Shown: one piece after another, positions 1 to 9,938 of the stretch
Position numbering within the stretch: the stretch's first letter is position 1
Layout: every line of letters begins with the position of its first letter
Source: an uncultured Actinomycetota bacterium
GTDB taxonomy: Bacteria; Actinomycetota; Actinomycetes; S36-B12
Direction: 5' to 3'
Assembly (NCBI GenBank): GCA_963749905.1
Contig: CAVVOF010000003.1
Coordinates: forward strand, 642,806 to 706,805
DNA: 64,000 bases
Position numbers and translations under genes: made by a program
The notes under the pieces: generated by a model
What the model was told of the DNA's origin: nothing
The model's input: only the letters and a program-made list of their open reading frames with translations
The model's database searches: none

Positions 1-276
1 GTTGTCGGCGTCCACCGCCCGGCGCACGCGATCCCAGACCGTCGGCTCGAGCTGCCACTCGTCGATCAGGACCGGTGGCGTGCTCTGAGTGATCAGGTCG
101 GGGTTGGCCTCGGTGATCTGACGCATCGCGGGATCCGCGAGGTCGATGAAGGTCCGTGCTCGCTGCGCCGCCGTCGCCGTCTTGCCTACGGCCTTGGCGC
201 CTTCGAGCGCGATGGCCGCCAGCTCGGGAAGCAGGTCGTCGAGTGCATCGTCGATGATGCGGCGGCGGTAAGACAC
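1..276 (-). CDS. AAA-type ATPase (DUF4143-like), N-terminal fragment running off the window edge
   Basis: Minus-strand reading from GTG at 276 gives VSYRRRIIDDALDDLLPELAAIALEGAKAVGKTATA..., with a Walker-A-like GAKAVGKT. The frame stays open to position 1. Confidence 0.6.
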   Translation of the reverse strand, partial: MSYRRRIIDDALDDLLPELAAIALEGAKAVGKTATAAQRARTFIDLADPAMRQITEANPDLITQSTPPVLIDEWQLEPTVWDRVRRAVDADN

Positions 277-494
277 GGATTCAACCTAACATATGGACAG
301 TCTTTTAGTTTACAAATGGACGGAATCCAGCTTGGCAATCGGACGAACGGACGTTGACGCAGTCATCGCAGCGTCCGCAGCAGCCTCCGTAGATGCACCA
401 GGCCTGCGCTACGGGCTCGCGGATCCAGGGACTCCGCGGGATCCAGAGCCACGGCGACAACGTTCAACCCCCTTGCGGTGGCCGGTCGCCGGCG

Positions 495-1109
495 CTAGTA
501 GAGCACCTCGTACTTCGCGATCTTCAACTGCCCGTTGTCGTCAGACGTGACCGTGAAGTGCGCCAAGCCCTGCGATCCGGCGAAGTACGGGCTCGTCGGG
601 TCTGCTCCGAGCCCTTCCTTCGTCGGCACCGCCACGACGAGACTGCCAACGTCGTATGGCGGGCCTTCCGTGATCAGAATCGCGGCATCCGCGCGCCAGA
701 ACGAGCCGTTGGAGAAGCGTTCGACGCAGGCCGCCGCACCGGTACCACCGGGATCGTCGACTTGGGCATCCAGGCACCCACGCAGGTTGAAGGAGCCCTG
801 GGGCGTCATCAACGACAGCACCGCATCCGTGTCACCTGCTGTCCACGCCGTGAAGAAGTCGTCCAGCAAGGTCTCAACCTCGGTGACGATCTCCGCTGGG
901 ACGGTCGACTCGCTGACGACCTCCGGTGGGACTGCCGGCTCCTCCGCGCTCGTCACCGCGATCGGGCTGAGCGGGGCGAAGACCGCCCAGCCGACCCCGA
1001 AGCCGAGTGCAAGCGCAAGCACGGCCACCAGACCGACGATGAGCCAGCGATGCCTAGCCGGTCCGCTGCTAGGTACTGATTCGGTGGGAGTGGAAGTGGA
1101 AATGCTCAT
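495..1109 (-). CDS. membrane-anchored NTF2/SnoaL-like hypothetical protein
   Basis: 204-aa ORF with an N-terminal TM helix (WLIVGLVAVLALALGFGVGWAVF) and an LLDDFFTAWTAGDTDAV motif typical of the NTF2-like fold. Its ATG overlaps the stop of the upstream ORF (ATGA). Confidence 0.6.
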   Translation of the reverse strand: MSISTSTPTESVPSSGPARHRWLIVGLVAVLALALGFGVGWAVFAPLSPIAVTSAEEPAVPPEVVSESTVPAEIVTEVETLLDDFFTAWTAGDTDAVLSLMTPQGSFNLRGCLDAQVDDPGGTGAAACVERFSNGSFWRADAAILITEGPPYDVGSLVVAVPTKEGLGADPTSPYFAGSQGLAHFTVTSDDNGQLKIAKYEVLY

Positions 1110-1342
1110 GACATCACCTCCTCATGCACCTTCACGGTAGAAGGCCTCGCGGAAGTCGAACCAGAGTCATTTGCCCCTTCAGCGCCAGCATTTGGCGCGC
1201 CGAGGGTGGGCTTCCCGACGCGATGCGGATTGTCCGCCAGCGCACCGGTGGTGAACTCCCAGGCGGCCGCGGCAACGTGCTCAGGTAGGTCGTTCTCGAG
1301 CGCGCGTCGCGCAGGTGGCGCGACCCGGATCCGGTAGGTCAC
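1106..1342 (-). CDS. RelE/ParE-family toxin-like protein with atypical C-terminus
   Basis: The N-terminus VTYRIRVAPPARRALENDLPEHVAAAAWEFTTGALADNPHRVGKP matches the RelE/ParE pattern. The last ~35 aa are low-complexity and unlike RelE. The GTG start overlaps the antitoxin stop (GTGA). Confidence 0.5.
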   Translation of the reverse strand: MTYRIRVAPPARRALENDLPEHVAAAAWEFTTGALADNPHRVGKPTLGAPNAGAEGANDSGSTSARPSTVKVHEEVMS

Positions 1343-1605
1343 GAGCGATGACGCAGGGTGATGTCTGCAGAGTCGACGAGATCGCCCTGGGAGATGGCTC
1401 GCCGAGCCTCCTCGATGTCCGCCATCGCTGCGGGATCCGACAGGATCGCGATCGTCTCCTCGAGCGCCTCCAGGTCAGCTGGGGAGATGAGGACCGCGGC
1501 CGGCTCACCATTACGTGTGATGACGACGCGTTCGTGAGTGGTCGACACGGACTCAACGAACGCCGACAGCTGGGCCTTGACGCTTGCCAGAGATGTGACC
1601 GTCAT
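1339..1605 (-). CDS. Phd/YefM-family antitoxin
   Basis: MTVTSLASVKAQLSAFVESVSTTHERVVITRNGEPAAVLISPADLEALEETIAILSDPAAMADIEEA is the classic YefM pattern. I chose the internal ATG at 1605 rather than the long ORF start at 1713. Confidence 0.85.
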   Translation of the reverse strand: MTVTSLASVKAQLSAFVESVSTTHERVVITRNGEPAAVLISPADLEALEETIAILSDPAAMADIEEARRAISQGDLVDSADITLRHRS

Positions 1606-2136
1606 GACCAGAATTGTCGTCCCCACGTCAAGAGCGGGGCACGCTTGAACCCACGCCTCCCGCAGCACGTCCAACCTCTCGGGCAAGCACCGGACTCGAG
1701 GTGCTTCATCCATGAGCCTGCCTCCTCGTGTTCGGCGACCCTCCGGGCTGCGCGTCCATCGTCACGCTCCATTCGGGGCGCGGGTAAGGCCCCGGGTCTG
1801 CCCTGTCTTCTGCCCTTTCGCGGCGGTTTCACATGGCTCTGCCCGGCTCGGCATGGCCGAAAGTCGTTTAGTACCAACAACACCGTGAGGCGTCTGGCCA
1901 AGGAGAAGTCGGCTGAGAATCGGAAGGGCGACGGTTCGACCCCGCCCCGGCCACTCATGCTGAGGCGAACTCCCAGGCAGACGAGGTAGCCAAGGTCACC
2001 ATCAAAGCTTGGGGCCTCCTCGTGCGCACGGATGTGCCGTGACTCATCCCAATCGGCTAGTGGCTCACCAACCGGGCGCGCTGGCGAACTCAGCGGTTGA
2101 TCGGTGGCACCAATCCCGCGCTGCTAGCGTCACAAC

Positions 2137-3285
2137 GTGGCTGTTGAGACGGGGTCCTGGGCCATACGCGACGCGCGCGAGCACTTTCCCGCCACGACCA
2201 ATCTCACCTACTTCAATACGGCAGCCGTCGGCTTGGCCAGCGACGCGCTGACCGCCGCGTACCACCGGTTCGTCGACGACTGGTCGGTGAACGGTCTTGA
2301 CTTCGTCGAGGCGGAAGCCGCAGCCGAGCGATCGCGGGCAGCCGTGGCCAGCCTGCTGGGTGCCGAAGCAGTCGACATGGCACTTATCGCGTCGGTCTCA
2401 GCTGCGGCCGGACTCGTCGCAGCCCAGTTCGGCCCAGCCAATGCACGAGCGAACATTGTCATCGGCGAACGCGAGTACAGCTCGAACCACTTCCCGTGGC
2501 GACTGCTGACCGGCAAGGGCTACGACATCCGACAGGTCCCCTTCCGCAATGGCGGCTTGGAGCCGGAAGACATCGCAGCCCAGGTCGACGGTGGGACTCG
2601 ACTCATCGCCGTGAGCGCGGTTCAGACCGCATCCGGCCACCGCTCGGACCTGCCTGCCATCAGCGCGATCGCTCGAGAGGTCGGCGCACTTGTCTTCGTC
2701 GATGGCGCCCAGATCGTCGGCGCCATCGATATCTCCGGCGATCTCGCCGGCATCGACATCTTGGCGACGCCGGACCACAAGTTCCTGATGCATGCTGGGC
2801 GAGGGCTGGGCTACTGCTACCTATCCAAGCGAGCACAGGAGGAATTCACCCCCGTCAACGCCGGCTGGCGAGCCGGAGCAGAACCGTTCGCCAGCTTCTT
2901 CGGACCCGACATGCACCTGTCAGCCACCGCGTCGCGTTTCGACAACTCCGTGAGCTGGATCGCAGCCATCGGGAACGACGTCTCGCTCTCACCCTTCTCC
3001 CGGTACGGCAAGGAGGCGGTCTTCTCCCGCAATCGCGATCTCGCTGACCTGCTCCGCGCAGCGTTGGCCGATGCCGGCCATCGCCCCGTCGAACTCCCCC
3101 ACGTGAACCGCAGCACTCTCGTCGCTGTTTCCCTCGCAGGTGCCGACCCAGGTCCACGGCTAGCCGAGTTGCGGTCGAGAGGGATCATCTGCTCGGCACG
3201 TGACGGAAATCTGCGTTTCGCCGTGCACTTCTACAACCACGAGGACGACATCGACGTGCTCGTTGCCGCCCTCACCGGAGTCTGA
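2137..3285 (+). CDS. class V aminotransferase / cysteine desulfurase-like PLP enzyme
   Basis: 382 aa with YFNTAAVGL, a TPDHKF lysine region and a C-terminal LRFAVHFYNHEDDID, typical of aminotransferase class V. Confidence 0.85.
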   Translation: MAVETGSWAIRDAREHFPATTNLTYFNTAAVGLASDALTAAYHRFVDDWSVNGLDFVEAEAAAERSRAAVASLLGAEAVDMALIASVSAAAGLVAAQFGPANARANIVIGEREYSSNHFPWRLLTGKGYDIRQVPFRNGGLEPEDIAAQVDGGTRLIAVSAVQTASGHRSDLPAISAIAREVGALVFVDGAQIVGAIDISGDLAGIDILATPDHKFLMHAGRGLGYCYLSKRAQEEFTPVNAGWRAGAEPFASFFGPDMHLSATASRFDNSVSWIAAIGNDVSLSPFSRYGKEAVFSRNRDLADLLRAALADAGHRPVELPHVNRSTLVAVSLAGADPGPRLAELRSRGIICSARDGNLRFAVHFYNHEDDIDVLVAALTGV

Positions 3286-4149
3286 CTCACGGCCGACCTC
3301 CTGGGAATTGGGCAAGGGGGGCCGCACAGACGCGCAAAGACCCTGCTACCGATATTCCCTCTGCCCACTCGCCTAGGGGGCAGTGGCGGGAACCGCGCGG
3401 AACAGGCGAGTCCCGTTAGACATTGCGTCAACGGTGACAGTGGAGGGGCCCGAGCCTGCCGGCACCCGCCAGACCCGGGCGGCGGCGCCTGCGCGAGCGT
3501 TGCACGCGCCCGTCGGGACGGCGGCGAAATCGTCGTGGTGGTACAGAACCGCTTCACTTCCGTCGTCCGACTCAAGATCGGGGGGTCACCGCACTCAGCC
3601 CGCAACCGCCACTGTTCGAACGATGTTGCAGCGCAACGACTCTCGCGAGCCCACCATCCAGACTCGTTCACTAGGGAGGGAGCGCTGCCCTTTCGTGTTG
3701 GAGGCCGACTTCACGGATCCTGCGCTGCCAAGGTGGTTGGCGCCACGAATCGCGATTTGGCGGCAGACATCGGAAGGTCAGGACGCGAGCGTCAACGTTC
3801 GGACAGTCAGCCACCTGTTCGATCCCGTTGGCCAATCGCACCCCGGTGTGGACGGCTGTCCGCGATTGCGGTGGCCGGCTGAGCAGCGCCCACCACCGGC
3901 GTTCACTGCCTGCACACGCCTGGTGAGAGCGTGAGCGACGCGGATGTGAGACGAGCGGGTCCCCTCAGCACGATCCGGACTCTGCATTGGACAGGAGGTC
4001 CGTCGAGCTCGGTCGCTCCTGACGGCGCCGCCGCCGGTCTGTCCCCGTTCCGGGGGCGTGGCGCCCCAACGCGATGCATCAGCAGATCGCCCGAACTCGT
4101 GGCGTCTGGCGTTCGAGCGAGTCTGACGTGCGCCCAACGCCGAGGGAAG

Positions 4150-5160
4150 CTAGGCCGACGGGGCGTCGTCGGCGCTGCGGGCATCCTCGAACTGGGTCAC
4201 GACGTGTCGCTGGGCGGCGGTTTCGGGCAGCAGGCGCGTGACAAGCGCGAGCACGCCGGCGATGACGACGACGATGACGGCGCCCGCGACGGTGGCCCCC
4301 AGCCGCGAGCCCCCCACCTCGACTCCGGAGGTGGGCGTGAGCGCGAGAACGATGGCGAAGGCCGTCGTTGCCGCGTTGAACCACCGCGGATCCGGGACGG
4401 CGAGCGTCAGGACCAGGGCACCGAAGGCGAGGGCGTAGTCCAGCGCGGGTGCTTCGATGACCAAGCTGACCAGCCCGGCAGCGCCGACGCCAACGGCGGT
4501 GCCGACGACTCGGGCAACTGCCCGCTTCGACAGCGCCGCGCCCGGTGCCGGGATGGCCAGCAGGAATACCGTCATCGGCAACCAGTACGCGTTGTCGTTG
4601 TCCCAGTGCTGGGCGATGAAGCCGGCCAGCCCGGCGGCGATCGCGAGGCCGAAACCGCCGACTACGGCATTGCGAGGGGTCACGGTGACTGAGCCCGTGT
4701 CGGCGGGGACCCCACTACGACGGGCCAGGAGAATCGCGTAGGTGCCGGCGATCGCGGCGAACAGCAGGAGGACGAGCAGGTCGCCGGCCGGATCAGTGGG
4801 TTGGGACACCGACCAGGCGATCCCCATGAACGCGAAGGGAATCAAGAGGCCGCGCATCCCCAGCACGCCCGTGAGCAAGCCGAGAACGGCCAAGCCCGCC
4901 ACCCACCACAGCGTGCCGCTGGACATCGCCGACAGGCCGGCGGCGGCCAGTGTTGGCGCAACGAAGAAGGCCGCTCGTCGCCAGCCGGAGAACAGGGCGA
5001 GGAGGAAGGCCAGGATGGCTCCGAGCCCGGCTCCCCCTGCGGCTGTCGCGCCGCCGGCCAGGTAGGCGAGGACAACGGGCAGGACGACTGCGGCGGCAAG
5101 CGTTCCGGCGGAGGCCGCCAGCCGTCGCGCCAGCGTCGGATCCGTTCGGGGCACGGCCAT
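4150..5160 (-). CDS. FUSC-like integral membrane protein
   Basis: Polytopic membrane ORF. The ATG at 5160 is preceded by GGAGG (reverse complement of 5166-5172); the longer ORF start is at 5190. Confidence 0.6.
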   Translation of the reverse strand: MAVPRTDPTLARRLAASAGTLAAAVVLPVVLAYLAGGATAAGGAGLGAILAFLLALFSGWRRAAFFVAPTLAAAGLSAMSSGTLWWVAGLAVLGLLTGVLGMRGLLIPFAFMGIAWSVSQPTDPAGDLLVLLLFAAIAGTYAILLARRSGVPADTGSVTVTPRNAVVGGFGLAIAAGLAGFIAQHWDNDNAYWLPMTVFLLAIPAPGAALSKRAVARVVGTAVGVGAAGLVSLVIEAPALDYALAFGALVLTLAVPDPRWFNAATTAFAIVLALTPTSGVEVGGSRLGATVAGAVIVVVIAGVLALVTRLLPETAAQRHVVTQFEDARSADDAPSA

Positions 5161-5219
5161 ATCCTGCCTCCTGCCCACGCTAGCCTGCACCCCGGACGCG
5201 GCGTCGGCGATGGAGGATC

Positions 5220-6506
5220 GTGGTGAGCGACGATCAGGGCGACCTGACGGCCGGCTCGGATGACGGACCTGACGACGTCGAGACCCCCTCGATTGCTGCT
5301 GATGCGGCGCTCGGAACGGAGTCAGGCGTCACGGTCCGCCTGTCCCCCTCGAACGTGTGGCGCATCGGGCTGGTGCTGCTCGGCGTGGTCGCCTTCGGGC
5401 TGCTGATCAAGTTCCTCGTCGAGGATGGCGGCAGTGTCATCTTCACGGTGCTGATGTCGTGGTTCGCGGCGATAGCAATGGCGCCCATCGTGGACCGGCT
5501 GTCCCGCCATATGCGTCGCGGACTGGCGACCGGAATAGTGATGGCGACCGCGGTCGTGTCCGTGGCGGTGTTCTTCGTGGCGTTCGGAAGCCTGTTCGTG
5601 GACCAGTTGACCCAGTTGGTCCTGCTGATCCCCGACCTCGTGGACGGGGTCCTGTCCTGGATCAACGGCAATTTCTCCACCGCCTTGTCACGCGACGACA
5701 TTCTCGAGTCGATCAACCTGAGCCCTCAGCAGATCGCCGCCACAGCGGCCTCGTTGGGGATCAGCCTGATTGGGTTCCTCGGCTCGGTGGTGGGCAGCGT
5801 CTTCGGGCTGTTCACCTTCGCCCTGTTCGTGTTCTACCTGTCGGCGGACATGCCACGGTTCGAGCGTTGGGTCGCGGGACTCTTCCCGGCCCGGTCGCAG
5901 GGGGTGGTCGCGACCGTGTGGGTGCTGACCGCGCAGAAGACCGGCGGGTATGTCGGTGCACGCGTGATCCTCGCCGCGATCAATGCGATCACCACGGGCA
6001 TCGTGTTCGTCGTCATCGGGATGCCCTACTGGCTGCCGCTAGCGCTGTGGACGGGCATCGTCGCCCAGTTCGTCCCCACCATCGGGACCTACATCTCAAT
6101 CATCCTGCCGGTAATCGTCGGTCTGCTGAGCCCGAATCCGTGGCTCGGGGTGATCGCCCTGGCCTGGGCCATCGCCTACCAGCAGGTCGAGAACCTCACC
6201 ATCGAGCCGAAGATCAGCGCCAAGGCCGTCGACGTCAACCCCGCCGTGGCCTTCGGCGCGGTCCTTCTTGGCGCGGCGCTCTTCGGTGTGGCCGGTGCCT
6301 TCCTTGCCGTTCCCGTCGCCGCCATGCTGCTGTCCCTGCTGGACATCTACGGCCATCGGTATGAGCTGCTGCCGAATGTCCAGAAGGGGGTGGACGCGCT
6401 CGAACGGCCACCGAGGGTTGGGTGGCGGAGAAGGCGATCCGACTCAGCGGGAGATGGCAGTAGGGCGCCCGAGACCGGCGAGGATTCGGAGTCGGCAACC
6501 GACTGA
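5220..6506 (+). CDS. AI-2E family transporter (PerM-like)
   Basis: 428 aa with multiple TM segments and the region GGYVGARVILAAINAITTGIVFVVIGMPYWLPLALWTGIVAQFVPTIGTYI typical of AI-2E/PerM. GGAGGA lies upstream. Confidence 0.85.
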   Translation: MVSDDQGDLTAGSDDGPDDVETPSIAADAALGTESGVTVRLSPSNVWRIGLVLLGVVAFGLLIKFLVEDGGSVIFTVLMSWFAAIAMAPIVDRLSRHMRRGLATGIVMATAVVSVAVFFVAFGSLFVDQLTQLVLLIPDLVDGVLSWINGNFSTALSRDDILESINLSPQQIAATAASLGISLIGFLGSVVGSVFGLFTFALFVFYLSADMPRFERWVAGLFPARSQGVVATVWVLTAQKTGGYVGARVILAAINAITTGIVFVVIGMPYWLPLALWTGIVAQFVPTIGTYISIILPVIVGLLSPNPWLGVIALAWAIAYQQVENLTIEPKISAKAVDVNPAVAFGAVLLGAALFGVAGAFLAVPVAAMLLSLLDIYGHRYELLPNVQKGVDALERPPRVGWRRRRSDSAGDGSRAPETGEDSESATD

Positions 6507-6526
6507 ACGCGGACGCGCGATGTCGT

Positions 6527-7576
6527 GTGCACTGCCGTCGGCGCTACGGTTCCCGCGTGAACGAGATCACGCGCGCTGTCTCATCGGCCGACATCGCACG
6601 CATGTCCAACTCCCTCTACATCTTCGCGGGCTCCGAAGGCGAGCGCCGTGCGTCGAAGTTCTGGGTCCTGCTGATCCTCTCGGGGGTCATCGCGTCGGCA
6701 GGCGTCCTCCTCGACTCCACCGCCACGGTAATCGGGGCCATGATCGTCGCGCCGCTGATGACGCCGATCCTGGGGACCGGGTTCGCGCTCGTCCTCGCCG
6801 ACCGCCCGAATGTCCTGCGCAACGGGGGCCTCGTGCTGGGCGGTGCCCTGGTCGTCATCGCGATCGGCTTCATCATGGGACTGGGGGATCCGCTGCCCGT
6901 CGTGGCGGACACGAACGGGCAGGTCGCCTCGCGGGTGAGCCCGGGGATTGTCGACCTCATCGCAGCTCTCGCGACGGGCATCGTCGGCGCCTTCGCGGTC
7001 GTGCGCTCCGACGTCTCCGACACCCTGCCGGGAGTCGCGATCGCGATCTCGCTCGTACCACCGCTCGTCGTCGTGGGCCTCACGCTCGAATCGGGCGCCA
7101 CAAGTGAGGCGTTCGGTGCGCTCCTGCTGTTCCTGACGAATGTCGCCGCCATCATCGCGACGGCCACGGCGCTGCTATTGGTCTATCCGGTGAGGGCGGC
7201 GGCCGCGGCCGCGGGACAGCACGTGGGCCAACTGCGTGGCCGGACCCTGTTCGCGGTGGGTGCCACAGTTGTGGTCATCGCGATCCCCCTCCTGTACGGA
7301 ACGCTCACGGTGATCGCGGACAATCTCGTTGTCCGACAAGCTCAGCCGGTCGTCGACGTTTGGGCCGATGAGGCGGGATGGTTCGTGTCGGATGTCTCCT
7401 ACGCGCAGGGCCAGCTGCGACTCGTCGTCGTCGGGACGCCGCCGACGCCCACCGAGGCGAGCCTTCGCTCCGCCCTCGACGAGGCTGGACTGACCGACCT
7501 TTCCGCGGTGGTCACGCTCGTTCTGGGCGACCGGCAGGACATTGCGACCTCGCCGGCGGAGGCGCCCGCCAGTTGA
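6527..7576 (+). CDS. DUF389 domain membrane protein
   Basis: VIGAMIVAPLMTPILGTGFALV and AIAISLVPPLVVVGL motifs. The start is uncertain: GTG 6527, GTG 6557 or ATG 6602. Confidence 0.8.
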   Translation: MHCRRRYGSRVNEITRAVSSADIARMSNSLYIFAGSEGERRASKFWVLLILSGVIASAGVLLDSTATVIGAMIVAPLMTPILGTGFALVLADRPNVLRNGGLVLGGALVVIAIGFIMGLGDPLPVVADTNGQVASRVSPGIVDLIAALATGIVGAFAVVRSDVSDTLPGVAIAISLVPPLVVVGLTLESGATSEAFGALLLFLTNVAAIIATATALLLVYPVRAAAAAAGQHVGQLRGRTLFAVGATVVVIAIPLLYGTLTVIADNLVVRQAQPVVDVWADEAGWFVSDVSYAQGQLRLVVVGTPPTPTEASLRSALDEAGLTDLSAVVTLVLGDRQDIATSPAEAPAS

Positions 7577-8220
7577 AGCCAGGCAAACCCTTGGAGGAGG
7601 TGCTGACGTCTCTGGACGCCTGGTCGGAGCCGACCACCCGCACGCATCAGGACCGACAGGTCCACATCGTGTGCACTGGCCCACGGATGCGCCAGTCAGG
7701 ACGGGACCCTGCGACAAGGGCTGGTCCCCGTTGTTGCAGGAGTGGGCCGAGCCGGTCACCGGCGGCTGGGTCTGCACCCGCAGCATCCCCCGTCCCTCGG
7801 ATAACACCACGCTCGACCGGTACTCCGGCGCGCACGTTGGGTCGCGGCACCGTCACGTCGGCATCGTCTTTGCCCGCGAGGCGGTGCGCTCGCCATGTCC
7901 ACGAACTCCCTTGTCCCGCATCGCATCGTGACGGACTGGACAGACCTCTCGACGGGCCGCATATACCTGCAAGGACGCTGTTGCCGACCTGGCTTCGTTC
8001 CGAAATCGGAAGGTCGGCTGATCGACCCGTCCCCGGCCGCCACCAGGGGGGCCAACGAGGCACCAGTTGAAAGCTGGGATCGTCGCCGCTATCGACCGCG
8101 CCGCATGGGCAGCCGGATCAGGTAGCTGCGCACAGGCACCCCAAGGGCCTTCTGCGCCATGGCTCGCACTGGCGTGAGCGCCCCGGCGCCAACGAGACGA
8201 AGAGATGCAGCTGGAGGACC

Positions 8221-8883
8221 ATGAGTTCGGTGGATGACGAGGACGGCGCGGCGGGCACGGCCAGGCTCGAGCAGACTGAGCTGCTGACGAAGCGGGGCCT
8301 GCGCTTGGCCCAGTTCACAATCGGCTACAACGTCTTCGAAGGCATCGTGGCGGTCACCGCGGGCTTGGCCGCCGGTCTGGTGTCCCTCGTAGGTTTCGGG
8401 CTCGACTCCGGCATCGAGTCGATCTCCGCGATCATCGTCGCGTTCCGGCTCAGCGCCCGGCTGCGCGACGGGCACACAGACGAGGCCAAGGAGCGCGTCG
8501 CGCTGCGCGGCGTCGCGATCACGTTCTTCCTCCTAGCCGCCTACGTGACCATCGTGGGTGTCCGCGACCTGCTTGCCGGAGAGACGCCGGACACCTCGAC
8601 TGTCGGCATCGTGATCCTGGTGCTGTCCCTGATCGTCATGCCGTGGCTGGCGTGGGCCAAGACCCGCGTCGGACGGTCACTGGGCAACGACCGGCTGATC
8701 CTTGCCGACGCCGCGGAGACCAGGATCTGCGTTCTACTCAGCGCCTCGACACTGCTGGGGCTCGTCGCCTTCACGCTGACCGGACAGGCCTGGCTGGACC
8801 CGGTCGCCGGGTTCGTCATCGCTGTCTTCGCGATCCGCGAAGGCCGTGAGGCCTGGGAAGGCGAGCTCGTCGAGGAGGACTGA
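8221..8883 (+). CDS. cation-efflux (CDF-type, transmembrane domain only) transporter
   Basis: 220 aa, six TM segments, with GYNVFEGIVAVTAGL...GFGLDSGIES and LADAAETRICVLLS motifs. ATG with GGAGGA RBS. Confidence 0.75.
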   Translation: MSSVDDEDGAAGTARLEQTELLTKRGLRLAQFTIGYNVFEGIVAVTAGLAAGLVSLVGFGLDSGIESISAIIVAFRLSARLRDGHTDEAKERVALRGVAITFFLLAAYVTIVGVRDLLAGETPDTSTVGIVILVLSLIVMPWLAWAKTRVGRSLGNDRLILADAAETRICVLLSASTLLGLVAFTLTGQAWLDPVAGFVIAVFAIREGREAWEGELVEED

Positions 8884-8911
8884 CCGCTTCCTGGAACGGG
8901 ACCGGCTCCTG

Positions 8912-9601
8912 CTACGGCAGCACGAAGTCGAAGGTCGCCTCCATGGAGTCGTCGGACTGCTGGGTGACCGTGACGAGCATGGCGTCGCTGAAGATTCCGT
9001 CACTGTCGTTCTGCGGGACGTCCGGGAAGTAGAGCTGGGTGGTGTGGACCACGCCATCGGGACCGGTCACTTTCACGTGGATGTGCTCCGTCCGGCTCGG
9101 GTAGAGGCCGGGGATGACCGTCCGGAGCGTGTACCGCCCCTCCTCGTCAGTGGTCTGTGTGCCGCGCAGGTCGAAGCCCGAGTTGTCGTACACGCCGGCT
9201 CCGTCCGCCTGCCAGAAGTCAAGGACGGCTCCGGCCACCGGCGAGCACTCCGCATCGAGAACCTGCCCGGTCAGTGTCAGCGGAATCCCGACGGTGGACG
9301 CATCGCTGAGATCGGTCCGCTCGGGGGCACCCGGCGTGTAGTACGGGCCTTCGGTCTGCTCCACCAGCGCGTCCTGGCACGCCATGGCCCGACCGACCGA
9401 GCCGGCGCTCGCAGGCGCGCCACCCGTAAGGGCGGTCTCCTCGGGTGTGGGCGCGACATCGATATCTGCCTCGGTGACCGCCGGTGACGCCACGAGCCCA
9501 GGGGCCGAGGACTCCGTCTGCGTGGCGGTACCCACGCACGCGGACAAGGCTCCGGCAGCCGCAAGGCCGACGATGGCGATCAGCACGCGTCGATGGGTCA
9601 T
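8912..9601 (-). CDS. intradiol ring-cleavage dioxygenase-like lipoprotein
   Basis: Lipobox signal MTHRRVLIAIVGLAAAGALSAC. GRYTLRTVIPGLYPSRTEHIHVKV is the dioxygenase beta-sandwich signature. Confidence 0.75.
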   Translation of the reverse strand: MTHRRVLIAIVGLAAAGALSACVGTATQTESSAPGLVASPAVTEADIDVAPTPEETALTGGAPASAGSVGRAMACQDALVEQTEGPYYTPGAPERTDLSDASTVGIPLTLTGQVLDAECSPVAGAVLDFWQADGAGVYDNSGFDLRGTQTTDEEGRYTLRTVIPGLYPSRTEHIHVKVTGPDGVVHTTQLYFPDVPQNDSDGIFSDAMLVTVTQQSDDSMEATFDFVLP

Positions 9602-9909
9602 GGACCGATCCTGCGTCGTGACGTGGCGTTTCGCCAAACGGCGTCGACCATGGGCTGGACCACCCCGCGTGCCGAACCGCTGCTATGGCGGTCGCTTCAC
9701 GAGTTCTCCCGACGCAGGTGGCGAAACCCGTCCCGCCGGTGGATGCCGCTAGTCGGACTGCCGACCGCCGGCACGGGAACGCCGAAATCGCAGCGGATCG
9801 TCGTCGCCGGTCAGGCTGCGACGCAGCTGGACGGCCTCGGTGTCATCGTCGTTCGGAAGCACGGCGGCAGAGCATCCGGCTGAGATCGACGGGTCATCCG
9901 AGAAATTGC

Positions 9910-9938
9910 TTGACTTCTAGTAATTAGACTTCTAATCT
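9910..9938 (+). promoter_or_regulatory. sigma-70-like promoter (TTGACT - 17 nt - TAATCT) in an AT-rich island
   Basis: TTGACT at 9910-9915, a 17-nt spacer carrying a direct repeat of GACTTCTA, and TAATCT at 9933-9938. It lies 58 nt upstream of the 9996 start. Confidence 0.4.

Noticed and set aside
293-494. AT-richer spacer with a repeated ATGGAC motif and a possible TTGTAA-16-TATGTT promoter for the ATPase gene at 276.
   Set aside because: The hexamers are weak and there is no supporting symmetry. Too speculative to list as a feature.
1880-1960. tRNA-like 3' end: GGCGACGGTTCGACCCCGCCCCGGCCAC, with a GGTTCGA T-loop-like motif and a possible acceptor partner TGGCCAA/TGGCCGA upstream.
   Set aside because: I could not build a D-arm or an anticodon arm. 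The candidate acceptor partners are 59 or about 100 nt away rather than about 72. The T-stem has a mismatch and there is no CCA. At most it is a tRNA-derived att-site remnant, and I cannot support that.
8090-8220. Possible NiCo/czcD-type or other metal riboswitch directly upstream of the CDF-type transporter.
   Set aside because: I cannot reproduce the consensus from memory well enough to align it, and no obvious four-way junction is visible. It is left as a check under the 7577-8220 finding rather than called.
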